Shown here piece by piece: positions 1-14,309 of a stretch of 64,000 bases of DNA (position 1 is its first letter; every line of letters begins with the position of its first letter). Location of the stretch: assembly GCA_964106645.2 (NCBI GenBank), contig OZ067041.1. One strand, written 5' to 3'. Under the pieces are notes generated by a model. That model worked only from the letters and a program-made list of their open reading frames with translations. It did no database searches and was not told the origin of the DNA. A program made the translations under genes and the position numbers. This DNA is from Podarcis pityusensis (Eukaryota).

Positions 1-374
1 CTCATGGGGGAGAGCAGGGCTATCCTAAGCCATTTGGGCCAAAGCTGTTGCAGGTCCCCAAGTTCTTAACAGTCAGGCAGCTGGCTGTCAGGCGCTTAGC
101 AACCCTGTGCAATAGGCTTTCAGAGGTGGGAGGGGCTGCCCAACTGTCAGTCAAGTGACACCACATGCTGTCTACCTGTCAGATTTGACATGCAAGGGTG
201 ATCAGGATCTGCACCATCGATCCAAACAGGTCCCGCACCCCTACAATAAATGCAGAGAGTGGCAGGAGCTCAATAGAAGAGTTTCTGTGTCCCAAGTATG
301 TCTCTATTTGGGGGGCCAGGGGGGCTGTTTCCCACTCCAGCAGGTCTCCACCCCCGCTCTGTTCTTGCCTCCAG

Positions 375-3300
375 GCCACTTGGACAGTGTGTTCTACTCC
401 ATCTCCTCGGGGGACCCCCACGGGTACTTCTCGGTGGACCCAGAATCGGGGGAGCTGCACACCAGCCTGCCCCTGGACCACGAGGCCCAGTCTCTCCTCC
501 TCCTCGAGGTCCAGGCCCGCAGCGGCTCCCCTCCCGCCTACAGCAGCGCTCGGGTGCAGATCAGCATCACGGACGTGAACGACAACGCGCCCGCCTTCCC
601 GGCCCCCTCTGACTCAGTGCTGCTGCCTGAGGGGGCTGCCCTGGGCACGGTGGTCTACACAGTGCAGGCGGAGGACCGTGACAGCGGGGCGAACGGGCAG
701 GTGCGCTTCGAACTGGCCTCAGGAGGGGCCAGCGCCTTCACCGTGGAGCACTTCTCCGGGAAGGTGCGCCTCGCGGGGGCCCTGCAGCGGGAGACCAGCG
801 CCCCCTACGGACTGGTCATCCTGGCGCAGGACGGGGGGGTCCCCCGGCTCAGTGCCACCTTCACCCTCTTGGTTCACCTGCAGGCGGCCGATGAGCACGG
901 GCCCATCTTTGACACGCTCACCTACCGCGTGGAGGTGCGCGAGGGCGTGCCTGTGAGCACCCGCTTCCTGCAGGTGCGAGCCCTGGCACGGGAGCCCAGC
1001 GCCCCCTTGGCCTACCACCTGCGGGCTGAGGGGGATGCAGCCAGCTTTGGCATCGCTCCAGACACCGGCTGGCTGTACGTGCGCAGCTCCCTCGACCGGG
1101 AGGCGCAGGAGCTGTACGTGCTGACGGTGCTGGCGGTGGCCGGGGAGGGCGAGGGTCGCCAAACGGGCACCAGCACCGTGCGCATCACTGTCACGGACGA
1201 GAACGACAACAGCCCCCGCCTGAGCGAGGAACGCTACTTCTTCACTGTGGCTGAGAACAGGCCGGCCGGCAGCAGCGTGGGCCGGGTGACGGCCAGCGAC
1301 CGGGACGCGGGACAGAACAGCCGCCTGGCCTACCGCCTGGTGCCACCCAAGGGGACCTTCCTGATCCACACCCAGACCGGTGAGGGAGCAGAGCGGGAGC
1401 GGGAGGCCCTTCTCAGCAGGGGCTCCCGCGGGGAGCCGGGAGGGAGCAGCTGGGGGTCTCGCCTGCACTGAGCGCCTCTTCTCCTCCTCCTCCTCCAGGG
1501 GAGCTGAGCCTTCGGAGGAGCTTGGACCGGGAGCAGCAGGCCAGCTACCAGCTCCAGGTCGTGGTTCAGGATGGGGGGACGCCACCCCGCAGCACCACGG
1601 GCACCGTCTACGTCACTGTCCTGGATGAGAACGACAACGCGCCCACCTTCCTGCACGTGGCCGAGGGCCGCGAACTCCTCCTCCAGGTGGGCGAGGGATC
1701 CAGGGGGCAAGGAAGGAGCTCTTGGGGGCACTGGCAGTTCCTCAGAAAGGGCAGCAGGAAGGCCAGGGCCCGAGGGGTAGGATCATGGAGCAGGGAGGTG
1801 GCATCACCCTCTGCGTGTCCAGGCAATGGCTGCCAACTCCATCTCCCCCCCCCCCCGCTGTACCCTCTCAGGTTCTGGAGGAGAAGCCAGCTGGGCTGCT
1901 GGTGGCTTCTTTGAGGGCCAAAGACCCGGACGAGGCAGAGAACGGCACTGTCTTCTACTCGCTGTCAGGTAAGCAGGTCCCCCTGGGCTGGGCTCCTGGG
2001 AGGCCCCACACTGCCCAGAGGTTTCAGGCCCCCACTCCTTCTCCCGGAGGGTTTTCTGGGCCTCCCCTTGGCTGCGCCCCCCCTCAGCTCTTGTCTCCCT
2101 GCAGGGGCCTGGGCAGAGCGCTTCTCCCTGCACGTGGCCACCGGGGAACTGCGGACAGCCACGCGGCTGCGCCAAGCAGACCGGGGCGAGTACGCTTTCA
2201 CGGTGACAGCAAGCGACCGAGGTGCTGCCCCCCAGAGCACAACAGCAGCCGTGCGCATCCAAGTAGGAGCCCTCTTTTGCCTCGGGCGTGGGGCTGGGCC
2301 TGCCCCAAATACCCCCAGGCCCCTTCCTAAGCTCTCCCCTCCCTCTGCAGGTGGTGTCCACAGCCCGCCTGCTGCCCCGTCCCGACACTACGGTGCTGAC
2401 CTTTCACCCCACGGAGGGCCTGCTGCCGGGCTCTCTCATTGGCTGTGTGGCCCCCCCAGAGCCGCCTGCACCCGGGCAAGTGACCTACATGCTGGTGGGG
2501 GGCAGCAGCGGGGACGGCCTCTTTGTGGTGGACCCAGGCACGGGGGACATCTACGTGGCCCAGGAGCTGGACTACGAAGCAGGGATGAAGCACAGCCTGC
2601 AAGTCAGCGTGGAAGATGTCCTGCAGGGCTACCCCAGCCAGCGCCTGGTGTTGGTCGAGATCCACGTGCAGGACAGCAATGACCACGTTCCCACGTGGCC
2701 CCAGGACCCCGTCACTGTGGTGGTGTCTGAGGGGGCCACCCCTGGCACGTCCCTCTTCACCTTCCAGGCGCTGGACGGGGACGGCCCGGGGCCCAACAGC
2801 CAACTGCGCTACAGCCTCTTGCGCCAGGAGGGCCCCCCGGCCCCCTTCCAGCTGGATGCGCGCAGCGGGGAGCTGAGCCTGCAGGGGGCGCTGGATCGCG
2901 AGACTCAGTCTGCCTACCTGCTGGTGGTCCAGGCCACGGACCAGGCGCTCAACGCCAGCCAGCGCCACTCGGCGGCCGTCACTGCCCACATCTTCGTCAC
3001 AGACGAGAACGACAACGGGCCTGAGTTCTGCTGCCCCTCGAGCATTGACGTCCCTGAGGACCAGCCCACGGGCTTCCTGGTGCTCCAGGTGGTGGCCAGG
3101 GATCGGGACCTGGGTGAGAACGGGAGGGTCAGCTATGCGCTGCGCGCAGGGAACCTGGACGGGCGATTCCACCTCAACCCCAACACAGGTGAGGCAGAGG
3201 GAGGTACAGGCCGCCATGCAGGGATTGGTAGTCTGTGTATGCAGGATCCCACCAGGCATTCCCAGGAGTTGGGAAAGAGCACTGCATCGGGGTGGAAGGG

Positions 3301-6300
3301 ATGTCCTTCAGTTATATGAGGAGTCCTTTTCTGCAGGTGAGGCAAGCCTGTCTTCTCCCGCCTTTTGCACACCCTGCTATTGTGGCTGTGCGCTCTGCTG
3401 ATTGGCTGGTGGCGTCAGCAGTCCCTCCTCCCTGTCCTGGGGGGCCGTCTTGCAATATGCCATCAATAAATGGTCTGTCTGTCTTTCCGAGATGTGGCCT
3501 GTGCACAGTCCCCCTGCCCCTAGGCATGTGCAAGGGACCTGGTATGTCACCAGGAGCAAAAGCACAAGTCTGGGAAAGAAAGATAAAACAAATCACCCCA
3601 AACTTAAGGCCTAAGACCCTTTAGTGCAGGGGTAGGCAACCTAAGGCCCGGGGGCCGGACCCAGCCCAGTCGCCTTCTCAATCCGGCCTGCGGACCGTCT
3701 GGGAATCCGCGTGTTTTTACATGAGTAGAATGTGTGCTTTTATTTAAAATGCATCTCTGGGTTATCTGGGGCATAGGAATTCGTTCATCCCCCCCCCCCA
3801 AAATGTAGTCCGCCCCCCCCATGGTCTGAGGGACGGTGGACCGGCTCACGGCTGAAAAAGGTTGCTGTCCTCTGCTCTAGTGTGAGATGGGGGTTGGTGA
3901 GAGCCCTTCTGAAGTCCTGTGTTGTAATACCTCCCCAGGAGCAGAAGTCTGAGACTCTGTACCTTGTGCTTGGCTTGGGGGGGGGCTAACCCTTTGGGGC
4001 AACAGCTCCTTATGAGGGTTCTGGCAGAAAACAGAGGGGGAAATTCCATCTTTTGGTAGTTCTGAAATGCTACTGACATCCTTCTGAGGTTTACCTTCTC
4101 AGTGATTGTTGACAAGGGTTTCTGGATAACAACTGCTTTATTCTCTTCCTTCTCTGAATTGGACTTTTGCAGAAGAATACTTTTTTACATAAAAGGATGA
4201 AACTCCTCCTTGCACTGCTTGCAGGTGTAGAAATACATTTCCAACTGGAGTAACACTGGCCAGAAATCTGAGAGCAGAGTCTTGCTCCAGCCCATAACAA
4301 TGAGTTCTGAGTTGATTCCCAGAACTATGAGATCCCTGCAACCCCCTTTTGCCGGTCTTGAGGCAAAGTGCCTTCATGCCCCATCTCCATCTCAAATGTT
4401 GGCCTCCTGCTCTCCTCCCAGGCGCGCTATCCATCGTGAGGACGCTGGACCGGGAGGAAGTGTCCCAGCATAACTTGACAGTGGTAGCCACGGACCACGG
4501 GTTGCCACGGCGCTCTGCCACGCAACTCCTGCTTGTGCATGTGCTGGATGTGAACGACCAGGCACCTGCCTTTGAGAGAAACAGCTACGAAGCCAGTGTG
4601 GCAGAAAACCTGCCCCCTGGTGTCCCCGTGCTGCAGCTGCACGCCACCGACCCCGACCTGGGTAAGAGCCTGACCCTCGGCCTGTGGTCATTTGCAGGGC
4701 CATCCACCCAGAAGTGGAAGGGATGGGGAGGAGTGTCTGGCCAGACAATGGGGTCTGCCAGAGAGCACAAGCCCCCTTTCCATGGGGGCTCATTGTGTCC
4801 TCCTTGCATATTGTGCCAAAGGCCTTCTGTCTTTGAAACTGGAGACCTCTGAACTCCTGGGCATCAGTGGGTGAAGAACCTCTGCCAGCCTGGGCTGAGG
4901 GCACTGGGGTGGGCCAGGGGAGGAAAGGTTGGACTTGGCTCATGGAGACAGTTGGCCAGCTGGTCAGGACATCTCAGCCTAACCTCCCTCACAAGAGGGC
5001 GGCTAGAATGTAATGGTGATAATCCTTGGAGCAAAAGGAGGGTGCAAATGCAAGAGAGACCACAGAGGAGGCAGGCCTAGCCAAGGTGGCTTCCGCCCAG
5101 CAGATCAACCCGACCAAATGGCCAGAATGCCCAGTGGGTGGCAAGAGCACCATTTGGTGTTGGGTGGCCACCGCTCTGTGGAAGCGCAGGGGCCCCTGGC
5201 CTAGCTGGTGCCTGCCTTTGGCTGCCTGCTGGAGCACCTCCTCTTGCTTCAGCCCTGCCCACTCCCCAGCTTCAGAGCAGCAGCAGCTCCCATGCGGCAG
5301 AGACGTTGTCTGCTCCTTGGCAGTGGTTGGACCAGTCTGTGGTTGGACCAGGAGGCTCCCCGTTTCCATGTCAGGCTGGTCTTGAAAGGCTTCTGAAGCC
5401 CAGTTTGAACATGCCAGCCTCTGGCAGCTGCCACAGCTGGGTCCCCAGTCCCTGCCCTGCTAACACTCTGGCTTTGCCGGGGGGGGGGTCAGCTGAGTGT
5501 GGTTGGGAGGGTGTGGAAGAGGGGCCTTTGCGCCTGTGGGGCTGCGCTTGTGAGGAGGTCGATGTGGGGGAAGAGTAGGACCCATGCTCAGCCTCCCTTG
5601 CGTATCTCGCCAGGATCCAATGGGCAGGTGTCCTACGGCGGCATCTCTGGGGACGAATTCTCCATTGACCCCCACACGGGTCTGATCAGCACCCGGCGCT
5701 CCCTGGACCATGAGGAGCGTGCAGAGCACTTGCTGACAGGTAAGGTGGGGGAGGGGAGGGGGGTCCTCGGGGGGGGGGGCTCTTGTGAGGCCCACAGGCC
5801 AGCGGCTCCTTCTAGTACCAAGACAGACTCTCTATGGCTCACAGCCTGCTCCCCCTCCCCACAGTGTACGCGCGGGACAAGGGGCTGCCCCCTCGCCAGG
5901 CCAAGGCCACGGTTCGCATCCTGGTGGCAGATGACAACGACCACACGCCCACCTTCCAGGCGGAGGCCTCTTCCCTGGAGGTCCCAGAGAACCAGAGCCA
6001 GGTGGAGCTGACCACCGTGCGGGCCACGGATCACGATGCAGGGGAGAACGGGCGTCTCACCTACCGCCTGGCAGGTGAGGGAGGGAGGGAGGGAGGGAGA
6101 CTCCCTGCTTGGGGAGATGCAGTGCCAAAGGCAGGGGAGGGCAGAAGTTTTCCACCCCACCAGGGGCTCCTTCTCCTGGTCCCCCTTCATTTCAGAGTGG
6201 ATCCATGCAGGTATTAAACCTTGGAGATTTTATTTATTTATTCATTACATTAAAATTTATACATTGCTCAATTGTGGGAAAACAACCTCAAAGTAGTTTA

Positions 6301-9300
6301 CAAAAAGATGAAAGAAGAAAATCAAGAAAAATTTGCAGTGATGCTTTAAAGCCTACAAAAAGTTAAAACGCTAAAGCAGATAAAATCTGCACCAGCACTT
6401 CTGTGCTTCCCTGAACAAGAATGTCAGAAGGAATATAGGGAAGCTGCCTGTTTGATACCAGTAGGCAAGGAGTTCCAGACTAAGTTCTTTCCAATTCAGA
6501 AAGGGGGTTATGGGATGCCTGTAGTGTCAATTCCATGAAGTGGGTAAGGCAATCTTCAGGCAGGGGAGGATTGACACGTGGGCAGCTGAGAAACCAGCAT
6601 GAGGGGTAGTTTGGGCAGTCATGTGCCAGTCCAGGAAAGCTTCACCCTCCTCCTGCTCCTCCCTTCAGCTGGAGACTCTGAGGAAGACTTCGCCTTGAAC
6701 CCCGTCTCCGGCCAGCTGTCCACAGCACGAGGCCTGGACCGGGAGCGTGTGGCCAGCTACGCCCTGACCGCCCAGGCCTGTGACCATGGCTCCCCCCCAC
6801 GCTGCGCCAGTCTGGTACTCCACGTGCAAGTGCTGGATCTGAACGACAACGCCCCTCGCTTTGCCCAGGAAAGCTACGTGGCCGAGGTGCCGGAGGACTT
6901 GCCCGTGGGGGCGCTGGTGCTGCAGCTGGAGGCCCAGGACCCGGACGAGGGGCCCAATGGACGCGTCTCCTACTTCCTGGCCAACGAGTCGCTGGGCACC
7001 TTCCAGGTGGAGCCTCAGACAGGCCGCCTCACCACCACGCAGCCGCTGGACCGGGAGCAGCGAGACTCCTACCGCTTCGTGGCCGTGGCCGTGGACTCGT
7101 CCCCGCAGAGCCCCCGCAGTGCTGCCGTGCAGGTCACGGTCAGCGTCCAGGACGTCAACGACCACATCCCGGCCTTTCCGCTCAGCCCACTTTCTGTCAC
7201 GCTGCCCCGCAACACGCCCGCCAAGCGGGTGGTGGCCACGCTGCGGGCTGAGGACCACGACGCGGGCGCCAACGCCTCCCTCCTCTACCGCCTGGCCGCC
7301 CCCAGCCCCGCCTTTGCCATCAACACCTACACAGGCGCCATCCAGCTGCTGCAGCCCCTGGGCACCCTCACCCAGCGCCAGCGCACCGTCTTCGTCCTGG
7401 CCAGCGACCTGGGGGAGCCCCCGCTCTCCTCCATCGGAGTGGTGGTCATCCACCTGCAAGACGAGGCCTTCCGGGGGGTCCGCTTCCCCCGCAGCACCAG
7501 CGACGTGACGCTGCCAGAGAACGCCGCGACAGGTATGGGCAGAGGGTGGCTCTGGCTGGCTAGTCTGGAGCAGAAGGGGAGGGGGGCTGCCTTGTCTGTC
7601 CCCAGCCCAAAAGTGGGAGCACCAAGGCCACTGTGTGTGTGTCCCAGAGGAAACCTCAGAGTCTGGCATCCTGTTCTCACAGGGGCTGAGCAGTTGCCCA
7701 TAAAATGTGTCCTTAATGTTGTACACCACCCTGGGATCTTTTGATAAAGGGTTGAATATTAATATTAATAATAATAATAATATAGGAAACCCACAAGCAG
7801 GACCAGAGCACAAGAGCAACACTCTGCCCTCCTGCAGTTTCTGGCAACTGGCATTCAGAAGCAGTGCTGCCTCTGACCGTGGAGGTGGGCACAGGCATCC
7901 TGGCTAGTGGGCCTCGGGAGCCCCCTCCTCCTCCATGGATTTGCCTAAACCTCTTTCACGGCCATCCGAGTTGGTGGCCACCCCTGCCTCTTGTGGGAGG
8001 GAGTTCCGTGGTTTAGCTCTGTGCTGCATGAAGAAGTGCTTGCTGTTATCTGTCCTGAATCTTCCACTAACCACAAAGCAGGTTTCCTTCTGGAAGTGGA
8101 TGTTCTTTTTCTAAAGGCCTCCCCCCCCCGGCTGCCTCCCCCTCCAGGCACCACCGTGCTGAGCACCCCAGCCACCCACACAGCCGGCTCCTCAGGCCGC
8201 ATCACCTACAGCATCGTCAGCGGCAATGAGAAGGGCGCTTTCCGCATCCAGCCCAGCTCAGGTACGGAGGGGCCCTCGAGGGCAGGGCCAGGGCCCTGGG
8301 GCGTGAGGAGAGGCCTTGGGCCACATCTCTGGTCAAAAGGCCCCCTTGGAAGCCTGCTTGGTCCTGGAGGAGGTGAGACCCAAAGGCTTTGTGGGGGCCG
8401 CCTCCCTCCCTCCCGGCTCCCTTCTCCTCCTCCACGGGCTTGGATGTGGTCCTGCTCCAGGGTGCCACTTCCATGGAGCGAGGGCCTCTCTCCCCCTGGA
8501 TCTGGCCATCTGGGTCCAGCTTTTCTCGCTGCCCTTGCCAGACGCAGAGCGCAGGCCTCCACGGCAAAGGAGGGCCCCACATGCCAACCAGAGCAGCCCC
8601 CAAGTTGCCTTCAAGGGAGAGGGTGGCCCCCACCCCACGGCTTCCCCGGGGAGAGAGTGGGGCTCAGGCGGCCGACCTCCCCCCTTCTGCCCCTGCAGGC
8701 CTGGTGTCGGTGCAGAATCCCCGCAGCCTCGACTTTGAGCTGAGCACCCGCTTGCGCCTGGTGCTGCAGGCAGAGTCCGCCTCCTCCCTCGGCTTCATGG
8801 CTGTGAACGTCAACCTGCAGGACGTCAACGACAACCGGCCGCGCTTCCGGCTGCCCAACTACGTGGCCTTCATCTGGGAGGCCCAGGGCTACGACTCACC
8901 CGTCATCCAGGTGGGAGGGGCCCTCTGGGATGGCGGGCTCCTCGGCAGGGCCCCAGGCAAAGCTCAGGAGCAGCACCGGGGGGGGGGCTGGGGGGGCAGG
9001 TGGGCCAGGTCCAAGCGGGGGCAGGACTCTCCATGTCTTCTCACGGCAGGTTGTGGCAGATGACTTGGACCAGGGTCCCAACGGGCAGGTGACGTACACC
9101 ATCAACCAGACGCTGCCCATGAACGGGCTGTATCGCATCAACAGCCAGACGGGCGCCATCACGACAGCGGCCATTCTGGACAGGGAGATTTGGGCCCAGA
9201 CCCGGTGAGTCCGCCCTTCGGCCTCCTCGCTTCCAGCCATGGAGCGACTCTGGCCACAAGCCTCGCGAGGAGCCCATGGGGAGACATTTATCCTCTCCGA

Positions 9301-12300
9301 GGCTCTGTGCTGATGTTGGGTAGAGGGAGAGAGGTGGTGTTTAAATTGTGTAATTGCTTTTAATTGTTTTGATTGATGTGTTTCTGCTGTGCAGTGAATC
9401 TCTTTGGGATTCCTGGCAGGAAGCAACTCAGAAGTGAACTGAATCATGGAGAGGCAGCCGGTCCAGAAAGGGCAGGGATTGGGGGATGGGCAGGGACAGA
9501 TCTACTGTGAGACTAATGAAGCTTCGGCTTCAGGGCCCTGAATCCCAGGGGGACCCCAGAAGCAACTTTAGTCCAGGTTGCTTAAAAATTGTGGGTCTAG
9601 TAGACCCAATCTGAGCTGCATTGATTTGAGTCTAAGTTGTATATATTTCAACAACACCAAAGTCCGAGAGTCAGGAGCACAGATGTTGTAAAGCTGTCAG
9701 TTCTGTCACTGAAGAAGAGAACGGGGCTTGCCCAGACCTCGTTGCTGGTGGCCAAGGGGCCCCCTGACATTTCAAGCTCCAGGCCCCAAAAAGGTAGGTC
9801 TGTGACTGGGCCAGGCCAGTTCCCTCTTCTGCCCCCGCCATGCGCTCCCTGGAATAGCAGGGGTGCCTGTGGGGGCCTCCTGAAGGCTGCCAGTCCACAG
9901 GATGCCAAAGGGGAAGGGGCACCGTGTGGCACCAGACGGGCCTCTCCTTGGCCCTGACCCCCATCCCCCAGGCAGACATCAGCTGCGCCCCCTTGTCCCT
10001 GAGACGCTCCTGCTTCCCTCCGCCCACAGCCTGGTGCTGACCGCAACAGACCGAGGGAACCCTCCTCTGGTGGGCTCTGCCACCCTCACAGTGCTGGTGA
10101 TGGATGTGAACGACAACAGCCCCACCATCCCTGCTCCCTGGGAGGTGCGGGTGCCTGAGAGTGAGTAGATGGAACAGGGCTCATGAAGCCTCCTTGGTTG
10201 GCCGGGGGGAGGGGCGCTTTGGGAAAGCGGGGCTCTCTTGGCACGGCTCCCCTCAAAAGCAGGCACGGAGGGTGTCACCTGGGAAACACTTGCAAAACCT
10301 GAAGACATGAGCACCTCTGAGCAAGTGCAGAGCTTCTTTCTCTTCGTGCTGGCACAGAGCCCTCCGTTGAGATGGGGAGGAGAAGCCATGCCCCCTGGGC
10401 AACCCCAAACAGCTCTGCATGGCCTTTGCCCCTGGCAGGCCCAGCTCTGACCCCCTCCCCCCACTCCACAGACGCCCTGCTGGGCACCGAGATCACCATG
10501 GTGACGGGCAACGACGTGGACTGTGGGCCGCAGCTCTCCTACATGCTGGTGTTGGACAGTGGCACCGCTGGCACCTTCAGCATCCTGCGCTACGGGGGCC
10601 GCATCACTCTGCTGGGGCCGCTGGACTATGAGCAGCGCAGCCGCTATGCGCTGACGGTGCGCGCCTCGGACTCTCAGCACGAGACGGAGGCCAACGTCAC
10701 GGTGCTGGTGGAAGACGTCAACGACAACCCTCCCGTCTTCTCCCAGGCCCTGTATCAGGTGCGCAGCCTCTCCCCTCAGGGGCCGCACGTCCTTCGCAGG
10801 CAGGGCAGAACCCGTCAGAAGGCCATGCACAAAACGATCTGCGTAGGGGAGCTCTGCAGCTGTTCCACACAAATGCCGTGCGGGAAAGTGCAGGAAAGCG
10901 GCCCAGAGCTAGGATTCAGAGGGCAGGGCAGCGACAGCACCTTCGATTGCAAACCTCGATGCAAATTGCTATGTTGCTGCTTTAGTTTAAGCATCACTTA
11001 TGCCAAATATGAAAAAGTGTCCAGGTGTGAGTTGCCCCCTTCAGCTCAACATGGCTCAGTCACATGCCAGAGAGACCACGCCTCCCCCCCCCCGGACCCC
11101 CTCCTCATTGCCCTCATTCTGCTCTGCTCCCCCTTTGGCTTCTCACAGGGGCACCCCTGGGTAGGGGGCAGCTCATGCTAACAGGTTTCCCCCACAACCT
11201 TGGAGGGCAAATGAATGCCCAGGAATGATAGGTAACCCTCTGTGTCCTCCCAGGTTGTACTGCCAGAACACACCCGAGCCGGCAGCCCCATCCTGACCCT
11301 CAGCGCCACAGACCTGGACTCAGGCGCCAACGGGGAGGTCACCTACCAGCTGGCCAGCCCAAGCCACTTGGTCTCCATCCACCGGACCAACGGTATGAAG
11401 GCAGCAGTGGGAGGAGGCTGTATCCACGGAAAGGCCCCTGTGAGATGTGTTGGAGGGGCAGGGGCAGTTCTGGGAGGGACGGGACTTTGGCTGAGCTCTT
11501 CCTTCTCCTCCTTTCTCCTCTTCATCTCTCTCCTCTTCTTTGTCCTCTGTGATGTTCTCCCTCCTCTGTCTCTCCTTCTTCTTCTTCCTCCTCCTCCTCC
11601 TCCTCCTCTTCCTCCTCACTGCCCTTTCTCTGCCCTCCCAGGGACCTTGTTCACCACGCAGCTCCTGGTGCTGGATCCGGGGCGCTCCACACTGGACATC
11701 CTAGTGGAGGCCCGCGACCGGGGCACGCCCAGCCTTTCGGCCTGGACCACGGTGCAGATCCAAGTGCTGGATGTCAACGACCACGGGCCTCAGTTCCTGA
11801 AGCCGCACTACAACGCCTGCGTGTCGGAGGACCTGCGCCCGGGGACCACCCTGCTCACCCTGGAAGCCACAGATGCCGACGTGACGCGGGAGAACGCGGC
11901 CCTCGACTACACCATTGTCAGCGGGAACAGCGGCCACGCCTTCCAGCTGGAGGGCCGTTCCGGGGGCGCCAGTGCCCTGGTGCTGGTGGAGCCCCTCGAC
12001 TTTGAGGCCGTGGCCATCTACAACCTGACGGTGGCCGTGTCGGACCGGGGAGTGCCTCAGCACAGCGCCGTGGTGCCTGTGCTGCTCACTGTGCTGGACG
12101 TCAACGACAACCCCCCGGTGTTTGGACGCTCTGCCTACCACGTGGCCGTGAGCGAGGGCACCGTGCCCGGGGCAGAGCTGCTGCGCGTGGCAGCCCAGGA
12201 CCCTGACTCGGGGGTGCACGGCCAGGTCCGCTACAGCATCAGCTCCGGGGACCCCGGCGGGCTCTTCCAGCTGCACCCGTCCACAGGGGCGCTGCGCCTG

Positions 12301-14109
12301 GCAAAGGCACTGGACTGCGAGGCCCAGGCCCTGCACACCCTGGTGGCGCGGGCCTCGGACGGAGCAGGCGGCCATTTTGCCCTGGCCTCCATCACCGTGG
12401 AGGTGAAGGACGTCAATGACAACCTCCCCTACTTCCCCCTGGAGGTGCTGAGCTGCAGCTTGCGGGAGAACCTGCCGCCAGGGAGCCTGGTCACCACGGT
12501 GCGGGCCGTGGATCTGGACGTGGGAGCCTTTGGGGAGCTGCGCTACGCCCTCCTGCCGTCCGAGGGCGGGGAGGCCTTCGCCATCAACAGCAGCTCCGGG
12601 GAGCTGCACGCGCTGCAGCCCTTTGACTTTGAGCGCACAAAGGCCGTCCAGCTGCGGGTGCAGGCCACGGATGTTGGCAACACATCGGCCACAGCCACCG
12701 TGCGTGTTCTGGTGACCGGGGAGGACGAGTATGACCCCGTGTTCCTCAGCCCGGCCTTCAGCTTCCAGGTCCCCGAGGGTGCCCAGCGGGGGCAGAGCAT
12801 TGGGTCCGTGGTGGCCACAGACGAGGACGGGGGCCCTGATGGTGTGGTGCTCTACACGCTGCTCAAGCCGTCTCCCTTCTTCGGGATCAACCAAACCAGT
12901 GGCGCCATCTACCTGCGCGTGGACAGCCAGGCGCCCTCGGGGGGGCCTCCCAAGCAAGAGCCCCGGGAAATGGTGCTGGAGGTGCAGGCCCACAGCCCCT
13001 TGCCCGCCTCGCGCTCGGCCTCCGCCCAGGTCACCGTGGACGTGACGCACACCTCCTTCGGCCTGGTGCCCGACCTCAACCTGCTCCTGGTGGTCGCCGT
13101 GGCCGCCTCCCTGGGCGTGGTGGTGGTGCTGGCCACCGTGGCCATTGTGCTGGCCCTGGTCCGCTCGCGGCAGAGCCGTGGCCCCAAGGAGGTGGATCTG
13201 GCCCATGGGCAGAGTGGCTCCTTGCCGAAGCTGGGTCACGGCGAGCCGGCCCTGCCCGGCGGAGACTGCCTCTACCACGAGGCCCTGCCCGGCTATGGCA
13301 CGGAACCGGCCGGCCCCTACACCCGGGGTGGGTCTCTGGACCCTTCCCACTCCAGCGGGCGAGGTTCCGCCGAGGCGGCCGAGGACGACGAAATCCGCAT
13401 GATCAACGAGTGCCCCCGCATGTCCAGCGTCACCTCCTCCCTGCAGGAGCACCTGGTGGCTCGCGGACCCGACTCCGGCATCCAGACGGACGCGGACCGC
13501 CTCTCGGACGTCTCCTGCGAGCCTGCCACTCTGGATGCGGCTCACTGGTTCAAGAACCGGAAGGGGCCTGGGGGCCTGCTGCTTCCCGGCCAGCCCCCCC
13601 AGCTCTACCGGGATGACGGGGGCAGCAGCGGCCCCTACCTGGGGGCCGGCTGTGGGCTCAGCGTCTCCTCCGCCCCCAAAGACTACTCTTTTCCGGAGGA
13701 CGGGAAGCCCTGCGTGGACGGCTCCCTGACGGCCATTGTGGCCAGCGATGAGGAGCTTCGCGGCAGCTACAACTGGGACTACCTCCTCAACTGGTGCCCC
13801 CCAGTTCCAGCCCCTGGCCAGCGTCTTCACAGAAATCGCCCGCCTGAAGGACGAGAGTTCCCTGCGCAAGCCCTTCCCCACCAAGCCCAAGCCCCGCATC
13901 GACCCGCCTCCACTCATCACCTCCGTGGCGCACCCGGGCGCCAAGTCCGTGCCCCCCCAAGCCGGCCGTGGGGCGGGCCTTCCCCCACCTGGCCACCGCC
14001 TCCTCCTCCTCTCTGCGACGCTCCCCCATCAGCCACGAGGGCTCCCTCTCCTCGGCCGCCATGTCCCCCAGCTTCTCCCCCTCGCTCTCCCCACTGGCTG
14101 CGCGCTCCC
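375..14109 (+). CDS. DCHS1: Dachsous cadherin-related 1 (protocadherin-16), 3' part; 5' exons lie upstream of the window and the stop codon falls in the N gap
   Basis: Serial cadherin repeats (DRE, DxNDNxP, AxDxD), TM segment [27 protein letters not shown] (~13081-13161) and Dachsous tail motifs ([50 protein letters not shown]). GT-AG exons: 375-1379, 1499-1686, 1872-1968, 2105-2262, 2351-3188, 4422-4661, 5614-5739, 5865-6074, 6669-7532, 8148-8261, 8699-8910, 9050-9204, 10030-10160, 10472-10758, 11254-11392, 11642->14109. Adjacent to TPP1 as in human. Two +1 C-run indels in the last exon. Confidence 0.95.
3627..3874. mobile_element. Non-autonomous hAT-type DNA transposon (MITE) in a DCHS1 intron
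   Basis: Imperfect TIRs CAGGGGTAGGCAACC...GGTTGCTGTCCTCTG; 8-bp TSD with one mismatch, CTTTAGTG (3619-3626) / CTCTAGTG (3875-3882). Confidence 0.8.
11500..11620 (+). repeat. Pyrimidine-rich (CCT/CTT)n low-complexity tract in the last DCHS1 intron
   Basis: Visible tract cttcttcttcctcctcctcc... upstream of the acceptor at 11641. Confidence 0.8.
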
Positions 14110-14309
14110 NNNNNNNNNNNNNNNNNNNNNNNNNNNNNNNNNNNNNNNNNNNNNNNNNNNNNNNNNNNNNNNNNNNNNNNNNNNNNNNNNNNNNNNNNNN
14201 NNNNNNNNNNNNNNNNNNNNNNNNNNNNNNNNNNNNNNNNNNNNNNNNNNNNNNNNNNNNNNNNNNNNNNNNNNNNNNNNNNNNNNNNNNNNNNNNNNNN
14301 NNNNNNNNN
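14110..14309. other. Assembly gap (200 N) covering the end of the DCHS1 CDS
   Basis: Run of N. Confidence 1.

Noticed and set aside
11701-13944. 747-aa antisense ORF (and similar ORFs at 6665-7822, 48403-49833, 52597-53796)
   Set aside because: Shadow frames of high-GC3 coding exons, with no recognisable domains.
13797-14309. DCHS1 pseudogenisation
   Set aside because: Both indels are in homopolymers beside a gap; all other exons are intact.
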